Below are positions 39,655 to 50,493 of a DNA stretch of 64,000 nt, one piece after another. Within the stretch, counting starts at the first letter, position 1. Each line of letters begins with the position of its first letter. Origin of the DNA: an uncultured delta proteobacterium (GTDB taxonomy: Bacteria; Myxococcota_A; Polyangia; Polyangiales; Polyangiaceae). The stretch spans positions 64,001 through 128,000 of the forward strand of contig CAWJCS010000002.1 in assembly GCA_963841435.1 (NCBI GenBank), in the 5' to 3' direction. The notes beneath the pieces are model-generated. The model made no database searches, was not told the origin of the DNA, and saw nothing but the letters and a program-made list of their open reading frames with translations. Made by a program: the position numbers and the translations under genes.

Positions 39655-42600
39655 TCAGGGCACGGAGCCGGCGGCCCCGCGTGCGCGCCGTGACAGCGAC
39701 GCGTTCGGGCCGGCGCTGCCGAGGTACGCGCGGACGCCTGGTGCGAGCGGGCGGCGGATGAGCGCGGCGTCGAGCTCGGCCTCTTCCACGGCGGTCGCGT
39801 CGACGAGCAACCGCGTTTCGGCGCCTTCACGCGCGGCGACCGGGACTCCATCCCGATAGAGCACGCGGTTGCCGGCGAGCGCGGCGACGCGGCGCCCCGG
39901 CGTGAGCACTCCCACCACGTTGAGCGGATCGGCGGCGCTCACGGCGAAGAGCGTGCCGTTCTTCGGCAGCTTGCGCGCCGCGCGAAGGCCCGTGACGGCC
40001 TCGGGCAGCGCGTACTGCTCGCCCGTGAAGCCCGCGACGAAGCGTCCGCCGCGGATTTCCCCGCGCGCCTCGAGCCTGCGGTAGCAAGCGAGCAAGTCGC
40101 GCCAGGGTGGCAACGCGCCCTCGCGGTCGATGACGCGCCGGAACACGATGCCCCAGCGCCTCAAGAGCGCGCGAGCGATCGCCTCGACGTCCTCGTCGCT
40201 CGCCTTTTCTTCGCGGCTCGGCGCGGAGAACAACGCCCAGCGGCCGGCGCTCTCCATGCCGAGCACGGCCCCGCGGCCGCGGCGCCGTCCGTGCTCGCTT
40301 TCGCGGCGGCGGCTCGCCGGCACGAGCAGCGCGCGCAGCCCCGTGAAACCGTCGGAGCCAACGAGCCCCCGTGACACGAGCTCGCCGAGCGCCTCCTCCA
40401 CCTCGATACGCAAGAGCCCCGTGGCGCTCACGACGTCGTCGAAGAACGACGCGCCCGAGCGCTCGAGCGCCGTCTTCACCTTCGCGGCGGCATGCGACAC
40501 GGCTTCGCCGGACCCGGCGGGCGCGAGCGAGGACCAGCGCTCGACGGCGCTGCGCGGCACGAGCGCGATGGGCGTGGAGCGCACGGGCGTCGAGCCCGAT
40601 TCGGTCGGAGTGCGCCGCAGCCAGCTCACCGTGCCCGAAAGACACAGGCCGTCGAGCCACGCCGGATCGTAGTGCGTGACGCGGACCGGCAACGAATCCG
40701 CCTCCCACGAGCCAGCCGGTGCCTCGAACCCTTCGAGCAGCTCGAGCGCGGCGCGCACGCCTGTCGGGCCTTCGAGGCGCTCCGTGCCGGCACGCTGCCA
40801 CGCAAATAGGAAGCGCACGAAATCCTGCTGGGTGACGGGCTCGATCTCGGCGCGCAGCCGGTCGATCGTCATGCGGTGAATGCGCGCGAGCAGGCGCCGC
40901 TCGCACCACTCGACGGCCGCCCGCGGCGGCGAGCGGAAGGTGCCACGGAAGATCACGCCCTCGCTCTCGAGCGCGGCGAGTGCCACCTCGACGTCCGGCT
41001 CGGGCACGTCGAGCGACGCCGCGAGCTCGGCGGCCGTCGTGGGACCCACGCCTTCGAGCCGCGAGCGAAGAAGCTCGCGCAGCGCGACATCGGGCGGCAC
41101 GGGCTCGCCCAGAGCGAGGTCGAGCTCAGGCGACACCGCGGCGCCGGGGTGCACGCTTCGCACCTCCGCGAGCCGGTCGGCCGCGACCCAGAGACCGCCC
41201 GCGGCTTCGACGCGCGCTGCACGCCGGCCGGTCGTCAACGCCGTGAAGAGAGGCGCGAGCCCGCCGCGCATCCCCTCGGCCTCGCTGAGGTAGCCGAGCA
41301 CGCCGAGCATGTCGACGAGCTCGTCGGCGTCGCGCGGATCGGGCCAGGCGTCCTCGCAGACGCGGGCGATCGCCGCCTGGTCGAGCGCGCCGAGGTCCTT
41401 GGCCCGGGCCGGATCGAGCCAGCGGCGGCCGAGCACGGCTTGAGTTCGCCGCTCCTCGAGGGGTGCGTCGTCGAGGAACGCGTAGGGCTTGGCCGTGAGG
41501 ATGCCCGCGGCGAACGGCGAGGGCTCGGTGAGATCGCGCGCCACGAGCTCGACCTCGCGCCGTTCGATGCGCTCGACGAGGCGCACGAGGCCGGGACCGT
41601 CCATCGCCTCGGTGGTGGCGTCGTCGAGCGTCTGGCGGACCAGCGGATGGTCGGGGATCTCGCGCTCGCCCACGAGGTTCTCGGCACAGGCGACTTGATC
41701 AGGGAAGCACACCGTCAGAAGGTCGTCGGCATCCATGCGCTGGAAGCGCGGGGGCACCTTCTTGCCACCGCGGAAGCGCAGGACGGCGAGCGAGCGCTGC
41801 GCGTTCCAGCGAAAGCGCGTGCCGAAGACGGGCGCGACGAGCAGCGCCTGAATCAGAGACGTCGAGCGCGTTCTTGCTCTTCAAGAACGACCACACGTCG
41901 GTCACGTCGAAGCTGTGGGTCGGGCCGAGCGAGAGCACGATGGCGTCCTCGTTGGCGGCGGCCTGCAGCTCGAAGTCGAACTTCCGGCAGAAGCACTTCC
42001 TGAGCGCCAGGCCCCAGGCGCGATTGATGCGCCCGCCGAGCGGCGCGTGAACCACGAGGTGCATGCCGCCCGTCTCGTCGAAGAAGCGCTCGAGCACGAG
42101 GCGATCTTCGGTCGGCATGGCGCCGAGCGCCGCGAGGCCGAGGGCGAGAAAATCCACGATCTGGCGGGCGGCGGCCTCGCCGAGGCCGATCTCGCGCTCG
42201 ACGAACCGGCGAGCTTTTTCCGCACCGTCGGGGTCGGCGAGGAGGTCGGCGACGGTCTCGCGTAGCCGCGACACGGCGTGCGACAGCTCCGCCGTACGCG
42301 CCGGTGCCTCACCGAGCCAGAACGGAATCGTCGGCGCCGCACCGCGGGCGTCCTCGACGCGCACGCGCCCCGGCTCGACGCGGCGGATGACGTAGCTCTG
42401 ATTGCCGAGCTGGAACACGTCGCCCGCCATGCTCTCGATCGCGAAATCCTCGTGAATCGAGCCGACCCGCACGCCCTCGGGCTCGAGGATCACTTCGTAG
42501 TCGGCAACGTCCGGAATGGCGCCGCCCGACGTGATGGCCGTGAGGCGCGCGCCGCGGCGCGGCCGGAGCTTCTTCTCCACCGTGTCGCGATGCACGTGCG

Positions 42601-44041
42601 CGCCGCGGCGGCCGCGCGCCGTGGCGAAGCCTTTGGCGAGCATCGTGACGACGGCGTCGAAGGCGTCGCGCGAGAGCGCGCGATACGGATACGCTCGCCG
42701 GCACAGCCCGAAGAGCGCATCCTCGTCCCATTCGCCCTCGGCGGCGACGGTCGCCACGATCTGCTGCGCGAGGATGTCGAGCGGGGCCTCGGGAAGGCGC
42801 ACCTGGTCGAGCTCGCCGCGGCGCACGGCGTCGACCAGCGCGGCCGCCTCGACGAGCTCGTCGCGCGACAGTGGGAACAGGCGCCCCTTGGGCATCCCGC
42901 CCAGAAAATGGCCGGAGCGGCCGACACGCTGCACGAACGCCGCGATCGAGCGCGTCGCGCCCACTTGTACGACGAGATCAACGTCGCCCACGTCGATGCC
43001 GAGCTCGAGTGACGCCGTCGCCACGAGCGCCGACAGCGCGCCGGACTTCAGCCGCTGCTCGGCGAGCAGGCGATGCTCCTTCGACAGGGAGCCGTGGTGC
43101 GACGTGACGCGTTCCTTCCCGAGCCGGTCACCGAGGTTCTTCGCGAGGCGCTCGCAGAGCCTCCGCGTGTTGACGAAGACGAGCGTCGTCTTGTGCTCGC
43201 GGACGAGCTCGGCGATGCGGTCGAATACTTCCTCCCAAACTTCGCCGCTCATCACGGCCTCGAGCGGCGAGGCGGGAACCTCGATCGCGAGATCGCGCGC
43301 GCGCACGTGTCCCGTGTCGACGATCGCGCAGCGCGGGGTGCCGTCGTCCCCGAGACGTCCCGCGCCGACGAGGAAGCGCGCCACCTCCTCGATGGGCTTC
43401 TGCGTGGCGGAAAGGCCAATGCGCTGCACGCGCCGCCCCGTGAGGGCGTCGAGCCGCTCGAGCGACAGCGAAAGGTGGCTGCCGCGTTTGTCCCCGACGA
43501 GCGCGTGGATCTCGTCGACGATGACGGTGCGCACGCTCGAGAGCATGCGGCGCCCCGACTCCGACGTGAGCAGGATGTAGAACGATTCAGGCGTCGTGAC
43601 GTAGACGTGCGGTGGCCGCCCCGTGGCGCGCGCCCGCTCCTTCTGCGGCGTATCGCCGGTGCGGACGGCCGTGCGCACCTCCACGTCGGGGAGGCCGAGG
43701 GCGGCGAGCGACTCGCGAATGCCCGCGAGCGGCTCCACGAGGTTCTTCTGGATGTCGTTCGAGAGCGCGCGGAGAGGGGAGACGTAGAGCACGCGCGTCT
43801 CGTCCGGCAGCGCGCGCTCGACCCCTTCGCGAATCAGCTGATCGATGGCCGAAAGGAACGCCGCGAGCGTCTTCCCCGAGCCGGTGGGCGCTGCGAGCAA
43901 AACGTCCGTCCCGACCTGCGCGTGCGGCCAGGCGCCTGCCTGAGCGTCCGTGGGCGCGTCGAACTTCGCGCAGAACCAGCGCGCGACCGCGGCGTGCAGC
44001 CCCTGCGTCACTTCCCTCGAAATCGGTGCAGCGCTCGACAC
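39655..44041 (-). CDS. lhr: Lhr-family ATP-dependent helicase, frameshift at ~41857
   Basis: [45 protein letters not shown]-terminal half ends with [17 protein letters not shown]. Confidence 0.93.
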
Positions 44042-44109
44042 GATTCGTTCCAAACGTAGCGCCGGCACCCACTTGACGCGAGAGGGTCCGGGTCCGAAGT
44101 GTTTAGAGC

Positions 44110-44718
44110 GTGACGCTCGGCTCCCTTTCCGCCAAAATCCGCGACCTTGCCGTGTTTCCGCTGGCGTTCGTGGCGGCTTGCGGGCGCGGGCAAGGGTCGT
44201 CGGGTCCAAAACCCACCACGGAGGACAGAAACATGAGCCTCTACACGCTCAGCGCGAAAACGCTCGAGGGCAAAGAGCAGGCGCTCGGCGACTTTTCCGG
44301 CAAGGTCACGCTGCTCGTCAACGTGGCAAGCCACTGCGGGAACACGCCGCAGTATACTGGCCTCGAAAAGCTCCACGAGAAGTACGCCGCGCGGGGCTTT
44401 TCCGTGCTCGGCTTTCCGAGCAACGATTTCGGCAAGCAGGAACCGGGCAGCGCTCAGGAGATCCGCGAATTTTGCTCGACGAAGTACAAGGTCAGCTTCC
44501 CGCTCTTCGAGAAGGTGCAGACCAAGCCGGGTGCCGGGCAGTCGCCCGTGTACGCGACGCTCGAGCGTGCGTCGGGTCAGCTACCGAACTGGAATTTCGG
44601 CAAGTACCTCGTCGGGCGCGACGGGCGTGTCGTCGAGTACTTCAGCCCGCGCACCAAGCCCGACGATCCGAAGGTCGTCGCCGCCATCGAGAAGGCGCTG
44701 GACGCGCCGGCGAGCTGA
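44110..44718 (+). CDS. Glutathione peroxidase (Cys-type), possibly with lipoprotein signal
   Basis: [33 protein letters not shown]. Alternative start at ATG 44233 has a GGAGG RBS. Confidence 0.92.
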   Translation: MTLGSLSAKIRDLAVFPLAFVAACGRGQGSSGPKPTTEDRNMSLYTLSAKTLEGKEQALGDFSGKVTLLVNVASHCGNTPQYTGLEKLHEKYAARGFSVLGFPSNDFGKQEPGSAQEIREFCSTKYKVSFPLFEKVQTKPGAGQSPVYATLERASGQLPNWNFGKYLVGRDGRVVEYFSPRTKPDDPKVVAAIEKALDAPAS

Positions 44719-44806
44719 GCGCCGGGCCGAGCGGCGTGGCGCGAAGTGTCGCCGCGCCGGGCCCCGCGGCACGCGCGCGCACCCCCGCGCCGCTCGTGAG
44801 GCGCTC

Positions 44807-45668
44807 ATGATCGCGCCCGAGCTCGCGACGCTGCTCGTCGCCTGCCCCGACCGTCGGGGCATCGTCGCGGCGCTCGCGCAGGTGCTCTACGGGCACGGCG
44901 CGAACATCCTCGACTCCGATCAGCACACGGACGCGGTCGCCGGGATGTTCTTCCAGCGCATCCGGTTCGATCTGTCCGCGCTGCAAACCGATCGGCTCAC
45001 GCTCGAGCGCGCCATCAAGGAGGTGGGCGGGCGTTTCGAGATGCGCTACCGGCTGGTCTACGCCGAGCGGCCGAAGCGCGTCGCCATCTTCGTGTCGCGT
45101 CACGACCATTGCCTCTATGATCTCTTGCTCCGCCACCGCGGCAAGGAGCTTGCCTGCGATCTTCGGCTCATCGTCAGCAATCACGTTGACCTCGAGGGCG
45201 TTGCGCGCGACTTCGGTGTCCGGTTCGCCCACTTTCCCGTCGCGCCCGCCACCAAGGCCGAGGTCGAGGCGCAGGAGATTGCGGTGCTCGACGGAGAGGA
45301 CGTTCGAGCTGGTGATCCTCGCGCGGTACATGCAGATCCTCGGCGAGGCGATGGTGACGCACTTCGAGGGCCGCATCATCAACATCCACCATTCGTTTTT
45401 GCCGGCGTTCGTCGGCGGCAAGCCATACCACCAGGCCTACGAGCGCGGCGTGAAGCTCATCGGCGCGACGGCGCACTACGCCACCCCCAGCCTCGACCAG
45501 GGCCCCATCATCGAGCAGGACGTCGTGCGCTGCTCGCACAAGGATTCGATCGAGGACTTGGTGCGCAAGGGGCGCGACCTCGAAAAGGTCGTACTGGCGC
45601 GCGCCGTTCGCTGGCACCTCGACGATCGCGTGCTCGTCTACGGCAACAAGACCGTCGTCTTCGACTGA
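44807..45668 (+). CDS. purU: Formyltetrahydrofolate deformylase, frameshift at ~45303
   Basis: CPDRRGIVA (ACT domain), [45 protein letters not shown]. Confidence 0.95.
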
Positions 45669-45741
45669 CACGAGGGCGCTGCCGCGCCGTCGAAAGAAAC
45701 GCCGGCGGACCCGCGCGCGGCCTCGCACGACGCTCGCGCGA

Positions 45742-46482
45742 CTACAGCGTCTTCGCGTTCTGCGCCGCGCGGATGGCCTGGTCGAGGGCGCCGGGGCTGT
45801 AGCCCACCATGAGCTGGCCCATGATGTCGATGACGGGGATCGAGGCGCCGCCACGTCCCGCGCGCGCCAGCTTGTCCTGCATCTCGGCCTGCGCGGCCTC
45901 GCTCGCCTCGATGTCCTTCATGATCACCGTGACGCCGCGACTCCTGAGGTAGTCCGCCGCAGCGTGGCAGGGCTTGCACCAGGATGCCCCGTAGATGATG
46001 GCCACGATCTTTTTGGTCGGGCTTGCTGCGCGCTCGGAGCCCCCGGGCGCAGAGCTCGGCGCTGGGGGCGCAGCGCTCGGGGCGAGGGACTCGAGCCGCT
46101 CCTTGCGGAGCGATGCGCCGAGCTCGTCCCAGGCGGCGCGCGACATGGTCTTCAAGCGGTAGCTGCCGTCGGGCGTCGTCTCGTCGAGGTTCGCGACGTA
46201 GACGAGGTCGGCCGTGCCGGCAGGCTTGTCGACGACGACGACTCGCACCCGATCACGATGCGTGGCCGGCACGTCGGATGGCTTCTGGACGACGTGAAAA
46301 TCGCCCTTCTCGTCGATCCAGGTCAAAAGCAGGTTCGGCGTGTCGGGTTTCACGACGAGAGCGGGCAGCGCGCTCGAGCTCGGCGCCGCCGACGCCGGGT
46401 CCTGACGTTCGTCGCCGCCTGCCTGCTTGCAGGACACGGCGAAAAAAAGCAGCGCGAACGCCCAGGCAAGCCCCGATTTCAC
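45742..46482 (-). CDS. Lipoprotein with C-terminal glutaredoxin (NrdH-like) domain
   Basis: Lipobox AVSC; WCKPC; IPVID; GTGA overlap with the ABC-F stop codon. Confidence 0.85.
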   Translation of the reverse strand: MKSGLAWAFALLFFAVSCKQAGGDERQDPASAAPSSSALPALVVKPDTPNLLLTWIDEKGDFHVVQKPSDVPATHRDRVRVVVVDKPAGTADLVYVANLDETTPDGSYRLKTMSRAAWDELGASLRKERLESLAPSAAPPAPSSAPGGSERAASPTKKIVAIIYGASWCKPCHAAADYLRSRGVTVIMKDIEASEAAQAEMQDKLARAGRGGASIPVIDIMGQLMVGYSPGALDQAIRAAQNAKTL

Positions 46483-48539
46483 GCCGAGCCCTCGCCTTCG
46501 CGCGCCTTCCCGAGCTCCTCCGACAGCGAGACCCATGCTTCGATGACTTTCGCGAGCTCGTGACTGAGCTCACGCTCCCTTCTAGCCCATTCGTGGAGCT
46601 TCTCCCAGTCGCCCCCGCCCGCCTCGACCAAAAGCTTCTTGTAGTGGTCGACTTCCGCTTGAAGCTCCGTGCTTCGCGCCTCGAGCAATGCCACCTGCTT
46701 CGTCTTGCGTTCGAGGTCGCGCGCCTGGTCGCGGCGCGCTCGGTACGCCGCGGCGCCGCGATCGGGTTCCGCTTTCTTGTCGCCGTCGGCTTTGTCGCCT
46801 TCGGCCTTGCCGCCGGCTTCGCTGCCGCGACCACCCGCCGACGCCCCGGGCCCACCCGCCTTGCGTCCCCGTTCGCCGTTGCCGCGGCCCGACATGCCAC
46901 GCGGGTGCGGCTCCGCCGCCTCCTTCGCCGCGCGCTCCGCGCGCGCCAGCGCTTCGCCGTAGTCCTTGAAGCCGCCTTCGAACGGATCGAGCCCGCTCGG
47001 CGTGAACGCGAGCGTCCGCGTGCTCACGTTCTCGAGGAAGCGACGGTCGTGCGAAACGAACAGCACGGTGCCCTCGAAGCCGACCAGCGCCTCCTCGAGG
47101 ATCTCGGCCGCGGGGATGTCGAGGTGGTTCGTGGGCTCGTCGAGGAACAAGAGATTGCGCGGCTCGAGGAGCAGCTTCGCGAGCGCGAGCCGCGTGCGCT
47201 CGCCGCCCGACAGGCTCTGCACGGGGCGCAGCGGGTCGTCGCCGTGGAAGCGGAACCGCGCGAGATACTGCCGCGTGCCGTCGACGTTCAAATCGCCGCG
47301 CACGCTGCGGATCTCCTCGACGCAGGTGCGCGCCGGGTCGAGCGTGCCGAGCTGCTGGTCGAAGTAGCCGTCGGCGAGGTTCGTGCCCCGTCGCACGTCG
47401 CCGCGGTCGCCGGCTGCTCCGAGCCCCGCGAGCAGCTTGAGCAGCGTCGACTTGCCGCAGCCGTTCGGACCCACGAGCGCCATGCGATCACCACGCCGCA
47501 CGAGCAGGTCCAGCCCCGAAAATAGCGTGACCCCGCCGCGCTCGGCGGTGAGCCCCTTCGCCTCCAGCACGATGTCGCCGCTGCGCGGTGGGTCGGCGAA
47601 GCGAAAGCGCACGCGCCCCGCGCGCGCCCACACGTCCTCGGGTCGCTCGATGCGCTCGAGCTTGTCGAGCATGCGGCGGCGTGACTGTGCCTGCTTGGTC
47701 TTTTGCCCCGCAATGTTCTTGCGGATGAAGTCTTCCGTCTTCTCGATCATGCTCGCTTGCTCCTCGGCGAGCTTCTGCTCCCGCTCTAGATCGGCGGCGC
47801 GTTCGCGGTGGTAGTCGCTGTAGCAGAGCGGGTAGGTGCGAAACGCGCGTCGGCCGAGCTCGAACGTGAACGGGCAGGCCGCGTCGAGGAACGCGCGATC
47901 GTGCGACACGACGAGCATGGCCGCCCGGAGGCTCGTGAGGTGGCCCTCGAGCCAGCGAATCGTGTCGAGATCGAGGTGATTGGTCGGTTCGTCGAGCAAA
48001 AAGAGCTCGGCCTCGCCCGCGAGCACGAGGCCGAGCTCGAGTCGTCCCCGCTCGCCGCCCGAGAGCGTCGTCACGTCGCGCTCGAGGTCGCTTTCCCTGA
48101 ACCCGAGCTTCGTGGCGATGGCTTCGACGCGATGCTCGAGCGCGTCGGCGCCGGCGTGGTGGTAGCGTTCCGTGAGCTCGGCGAGGCGCTCGAGCGTTGC
48201 CCGGTCGCCGCTCGCGGCGTCTGCCTGTGCCCTGCCGAGCTCGCGCCGGAGCGCCACGATGTCCCCGAAGCCGCGCAGCAGCGCATCGCGCACGCTGCCC
48301 TCGAGGTTGGATTCGTGGCTCTGGTGGTAGTAGCCGACGCCGGCTCCCTTCTTGACGACCACCGAGCCCGCGTCGGGCGACACCTCGCCGGAGATGACGC
48401 GGAGCAGCGTGCTCTTGCCGGCGCCGTTCGGCGCGACGAGCCCGGCGCGCTCACCCGGTTCGAGCCGGAACGTCACGTTCTCGAACAGGGGCTCGTTGGT
48501 GAACCCGAATTTCAACTGGGCGACTTCGAGGACGGGCAC
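46479..48539 (-). CDS. ABC-F family ATPase (Uup/YheS-like)
   Basis: Two NBDs (NGAGKST and NGCGKST; LSGGE x2; LDEPTNHLD x2; SHDR x2), no TM segments, C-terminal coiled coil. Confidence 0.95.
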   Translation of the reverse strand: MPVLEVAQLKFGFTNEPLFENVTFRLEPGERAGLVAPNGAGKSTLLRVISGEVSPDAGSVVVKKGAGVGYYHQSHESNLEGSVRDALLRGFGDIVALRRELGRAQADAASGDRATLERLAELTERYHHAGADALEHRVEAIATKLGFRESDLERDVTTLSGGERGRLELGLVLAGEAELFLLDEPTNHLDLDTIRWLEGHLTSLRAAMLVVSHDRAFLDAACPFTFELGRRAFRTYPLCYSDYHRERAADLEREQKLAEEQASMIEKTEDFIRKNIAGQKTKQAQSRRRMLDKLERIERPEDVWARAGRVRFRFADPPRSGDIVLEAKGLTAERGGVTLFSGLDLLVRRGDRMALVGPNGCGKSTLLKLLAGLGAAGDRGDVRRGTNLADGYFDQQLGTLDPARTCVEEIRSVRGDLNVDGTRQYLARFRFHGDDPLRPVQSLSGGERTRLALAKLLLEPRNLLFLDEPTNHLDIPAAEILEEALVGFEGTVLFVSHDRRFLENVSTRTLAFTPSGLDPFEGGFKDYGEALARAERAAKEAAEPHPRGMSGRGNGERGRKAGGPGASAGGRGSEAGGKAEGDKADGDKKAEPDRGAAAYRARRDQARDLERKTKQVALLEARSTELQAEVDHYKKLLVEAGGGDWEKLHEWARRERELSHELAKVIEAWVSLSEELGKAREGEGSA

Positions 48540-48619
48540 GGCAGCTCGGCGGAGGCGGCGATGTTTAGCGCGGATCGCGCGTCGCCCGGGCGTCAACGGG
48601 AAATTCAGTCTCGCTGGAA

Positions 48620-48994
48620 TCAGAAGGCAGCGTCGTCGCGATCGCGACGACTTTGGCGCGGGCTACTCCTCGCTGAGCTACCTGCGCTGTTTGCCGCTCG
48701 ACAGCATCAAAGTGGACCGCTCGTTCATTCGCGACGCGACGACGAATCAGGATAGCGCCGCCATTGCTGCCGCGATCCTCGCCATGTCGAAGCAGCTCGC
48801 GACTCGAAGCGGTCGCCGAGGGCGTCGAAACGGCGGACCAGCTCGCATTTTTGATGAATCACCGCTGCCCGCTCGTCCAAGGGTTTCTCTTTAGCCGACC
48901 GCTCCCGCCCGACGAGCTCGTGGCGTGGGTGCGTGGGCGACAGCGTGACAGCCGCCACCCTTCCGGCGTGATCGGCGCGCTCGGCGCCGCCTGA
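48620..48994 (+). pseudogene. EAL (c-di-GMP phosphodiesterase) C-terminal remnant
   Basis: DDFGAGYSSLSYL..LP.D.IKVDRSF (shift ~48800) VAEGVET.DQL...QGFLFSRP. The N-terminal half is missing. Confidence 0.88.
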
Positions 48995-49077
48995 CCGAGC
49001 CTTCGGCCCGAAAGGCGCGGAAACGCCGACCCGATGCGCGGCGCCCCCGAGCGCGCGAGCCCGCGAGGCGTTCGGGC

Positions 49078-49923
49078 TCAGCTCGCCGGGGCTTCGGGTG
49101 GGGGGAGCGAGCCACGCTCCCTGCCGGAGAGGCGTGCAAGGAGGGCGCGGAGCGTCTCGACGATGCCGATCAAGAGGTAGACGCTGAGCAGCCAGATGAG
49201 CACGAATTCGGGGCGGAAGCGTCGCCACACGAAGGCGCTCGACGCGATCACGAAGAGCACGAGCAGCACGGTGCCCGTGTCGAGCCTGAGATCCTTGAAG
49301 GAGCGAAAGCGCACGTTCGACACCATGAGCAGGCTCAGGCCCACCGTCACGAGCAAGAGCACGAGCGTGTATTCCGAGCGCCCGATCAGCCCGCCCGCAG
49401 CGTGGTTTGCCACGACGAGCGAGACGAGAATGCCCGAGGCCGGCGGCGTGGGAAGCCCGATGATGTGGCGGCCAGGCTTGACCGGGGCGCCGCTCGAGCC
49501 CGAAGACAGCACGTTGAAGCGTGCGAGCCGCACGGCGGCGCACGCGACGTACAAGAAGGCCGCCAACAGCCCCGGCACGGGAAAGCGGTAGAGCACCCAC
49601 TTGTAGACGAGGAGCGCGGGCGCGAGTCCAAAGGAAATCACGTCGGCGAGTGAATCGAGCTGCAAGCCGAACGCGCTCTGGGTCTTGGTCATGCGTGCCA
49701 CGCGCCCGTCCATGAGATCGAACAGCATGGCGAAGATGAGCAGCACGGCCGCGCGGTAGACATCGGCGTCCGTCGGCTGCTCCTTGGCGACGAGCCGAAT
49801 GGCGTTGAATCCGCAGAAGACGCTGCCGAGCGTGATGAGGTTCGGCAACACGAATAGCGTCTTCCGAAGGTCGAGCTTCCTCCTCGGACGACTCGAGGCC
49901 CGGCCTGGCCGGCGAAACGCCAT
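49078..49923 (-). CDS. pssA: CDP-diacylglycerol-serine O-phosphatidyltransferase
   Basis: LPNLITL, DLMDGRVAR...SAFG.QLDSLADVISFG, RLARFN, GLPTP, LMVS. Confidence 0.93.
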   Translation of the reverse strand: MAFRRPGRASSRPRRKLDLRKTLFVLPNLITLGSVFCGFNAIRLVAKEQPTDADVYRAAVLLIFAMLFDLMDGRVARMTKTQSAFGLQLDSLADVISFGLAPALLVYKWVLYRFPVPGLLAAFLYVACAAVRLARFNVLSSGSSGAPVKPGRHIIGLPTPPASGILVSLVVANHAAGGLIGRSEYTLVLLLVTVGLSLLMVSNVRFRSFKDLRLDTGTVLLVLFVIASSAFVWRRFRPEFVLIWLLSVYLLIGIVETLRALLARLSGRERGSLPPPEAPAS

Positions 49924-50049
49924 GATCAAAAGGGTACGCCGCCCTCGCTCCACCGTCGAGCCCGACCGTAGCGGCCCCCGCGCTCGGCTGCTCTCGGTGC
50001 CGACCCCGCGTATTTGGCCAGGCTCGGCGCGCGGGCGTACGCTCGCGGC

Positions 50050-50490
50050 ATGCGCTCCCCGTGTGGCACGGCCCTTTGCCGGCTTCTCCCGCTCTTCCTC
50101 GTCGCAGGCCCGCTCGCGTGCGCGAGTGATCGCGATGCCGTCGAGAAACAGCTATCGAAGCTTCGCGAACAGGTCACGGAACTGCAGAACGAGACCGACC
50201 TCATGGGGGAGCGGCTCGACGCGGTCGAGCAGCACGGCCCGGCCCGATCCGAGGGCACGAGGACGGCCGCCACGGCGCCCGAGACGCTCACGCGACCGAA
50301 CCTCAAGGTCGTGCGGGTCGAGCCCCCGGGACAGGCCGACGCCGCCGACGCTCAGACGCCCGACGCCGACGCTGATCCGGGGCCGCGCGTCGTGATCCAG
50401 GGCGAAGGCAAGGACCTCGAAACGAAGACCCTGCCGCCCATTGCCAAGGCGCAACCCCGGCCCGAGGCCGCGCGCCCAGCGAAGAACTGA
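50050..50490 (+). CDS. Coiled-coil lipoprotein
   Basis: Lipobox PLAC and heptad segment LSKLREQVTELQNE...LDAVE; 3 bp upstream of the LysM gene. Confidence 0.7.
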   Translation: MRSPCGTALCRLLPLFLVAGPLACASDRDAVEKQLSKLREQVTELQNETDLMGERLDAVEQHGPARSEGTRTAATAPETLTRPNLKVVRVEPPGQADAADAQTPDADADPGPRVVIQGEGKDLETKTLPPIAKAQPRPEAARPAKN

Positions 50491-50493
50491 TCG

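Noticed and set aside
44233-44718. Selenocysteine in the glutathione peroxidase
   Set aside because: The active-site codon is TGC (Cys), not TGA.
39655-45668. Programmed frameshifting or true pseudogenisation of lhr and purU
   Set aside because: No slippery heptamers, and both halves are fully conserved; consensus error is the simpler explanation.
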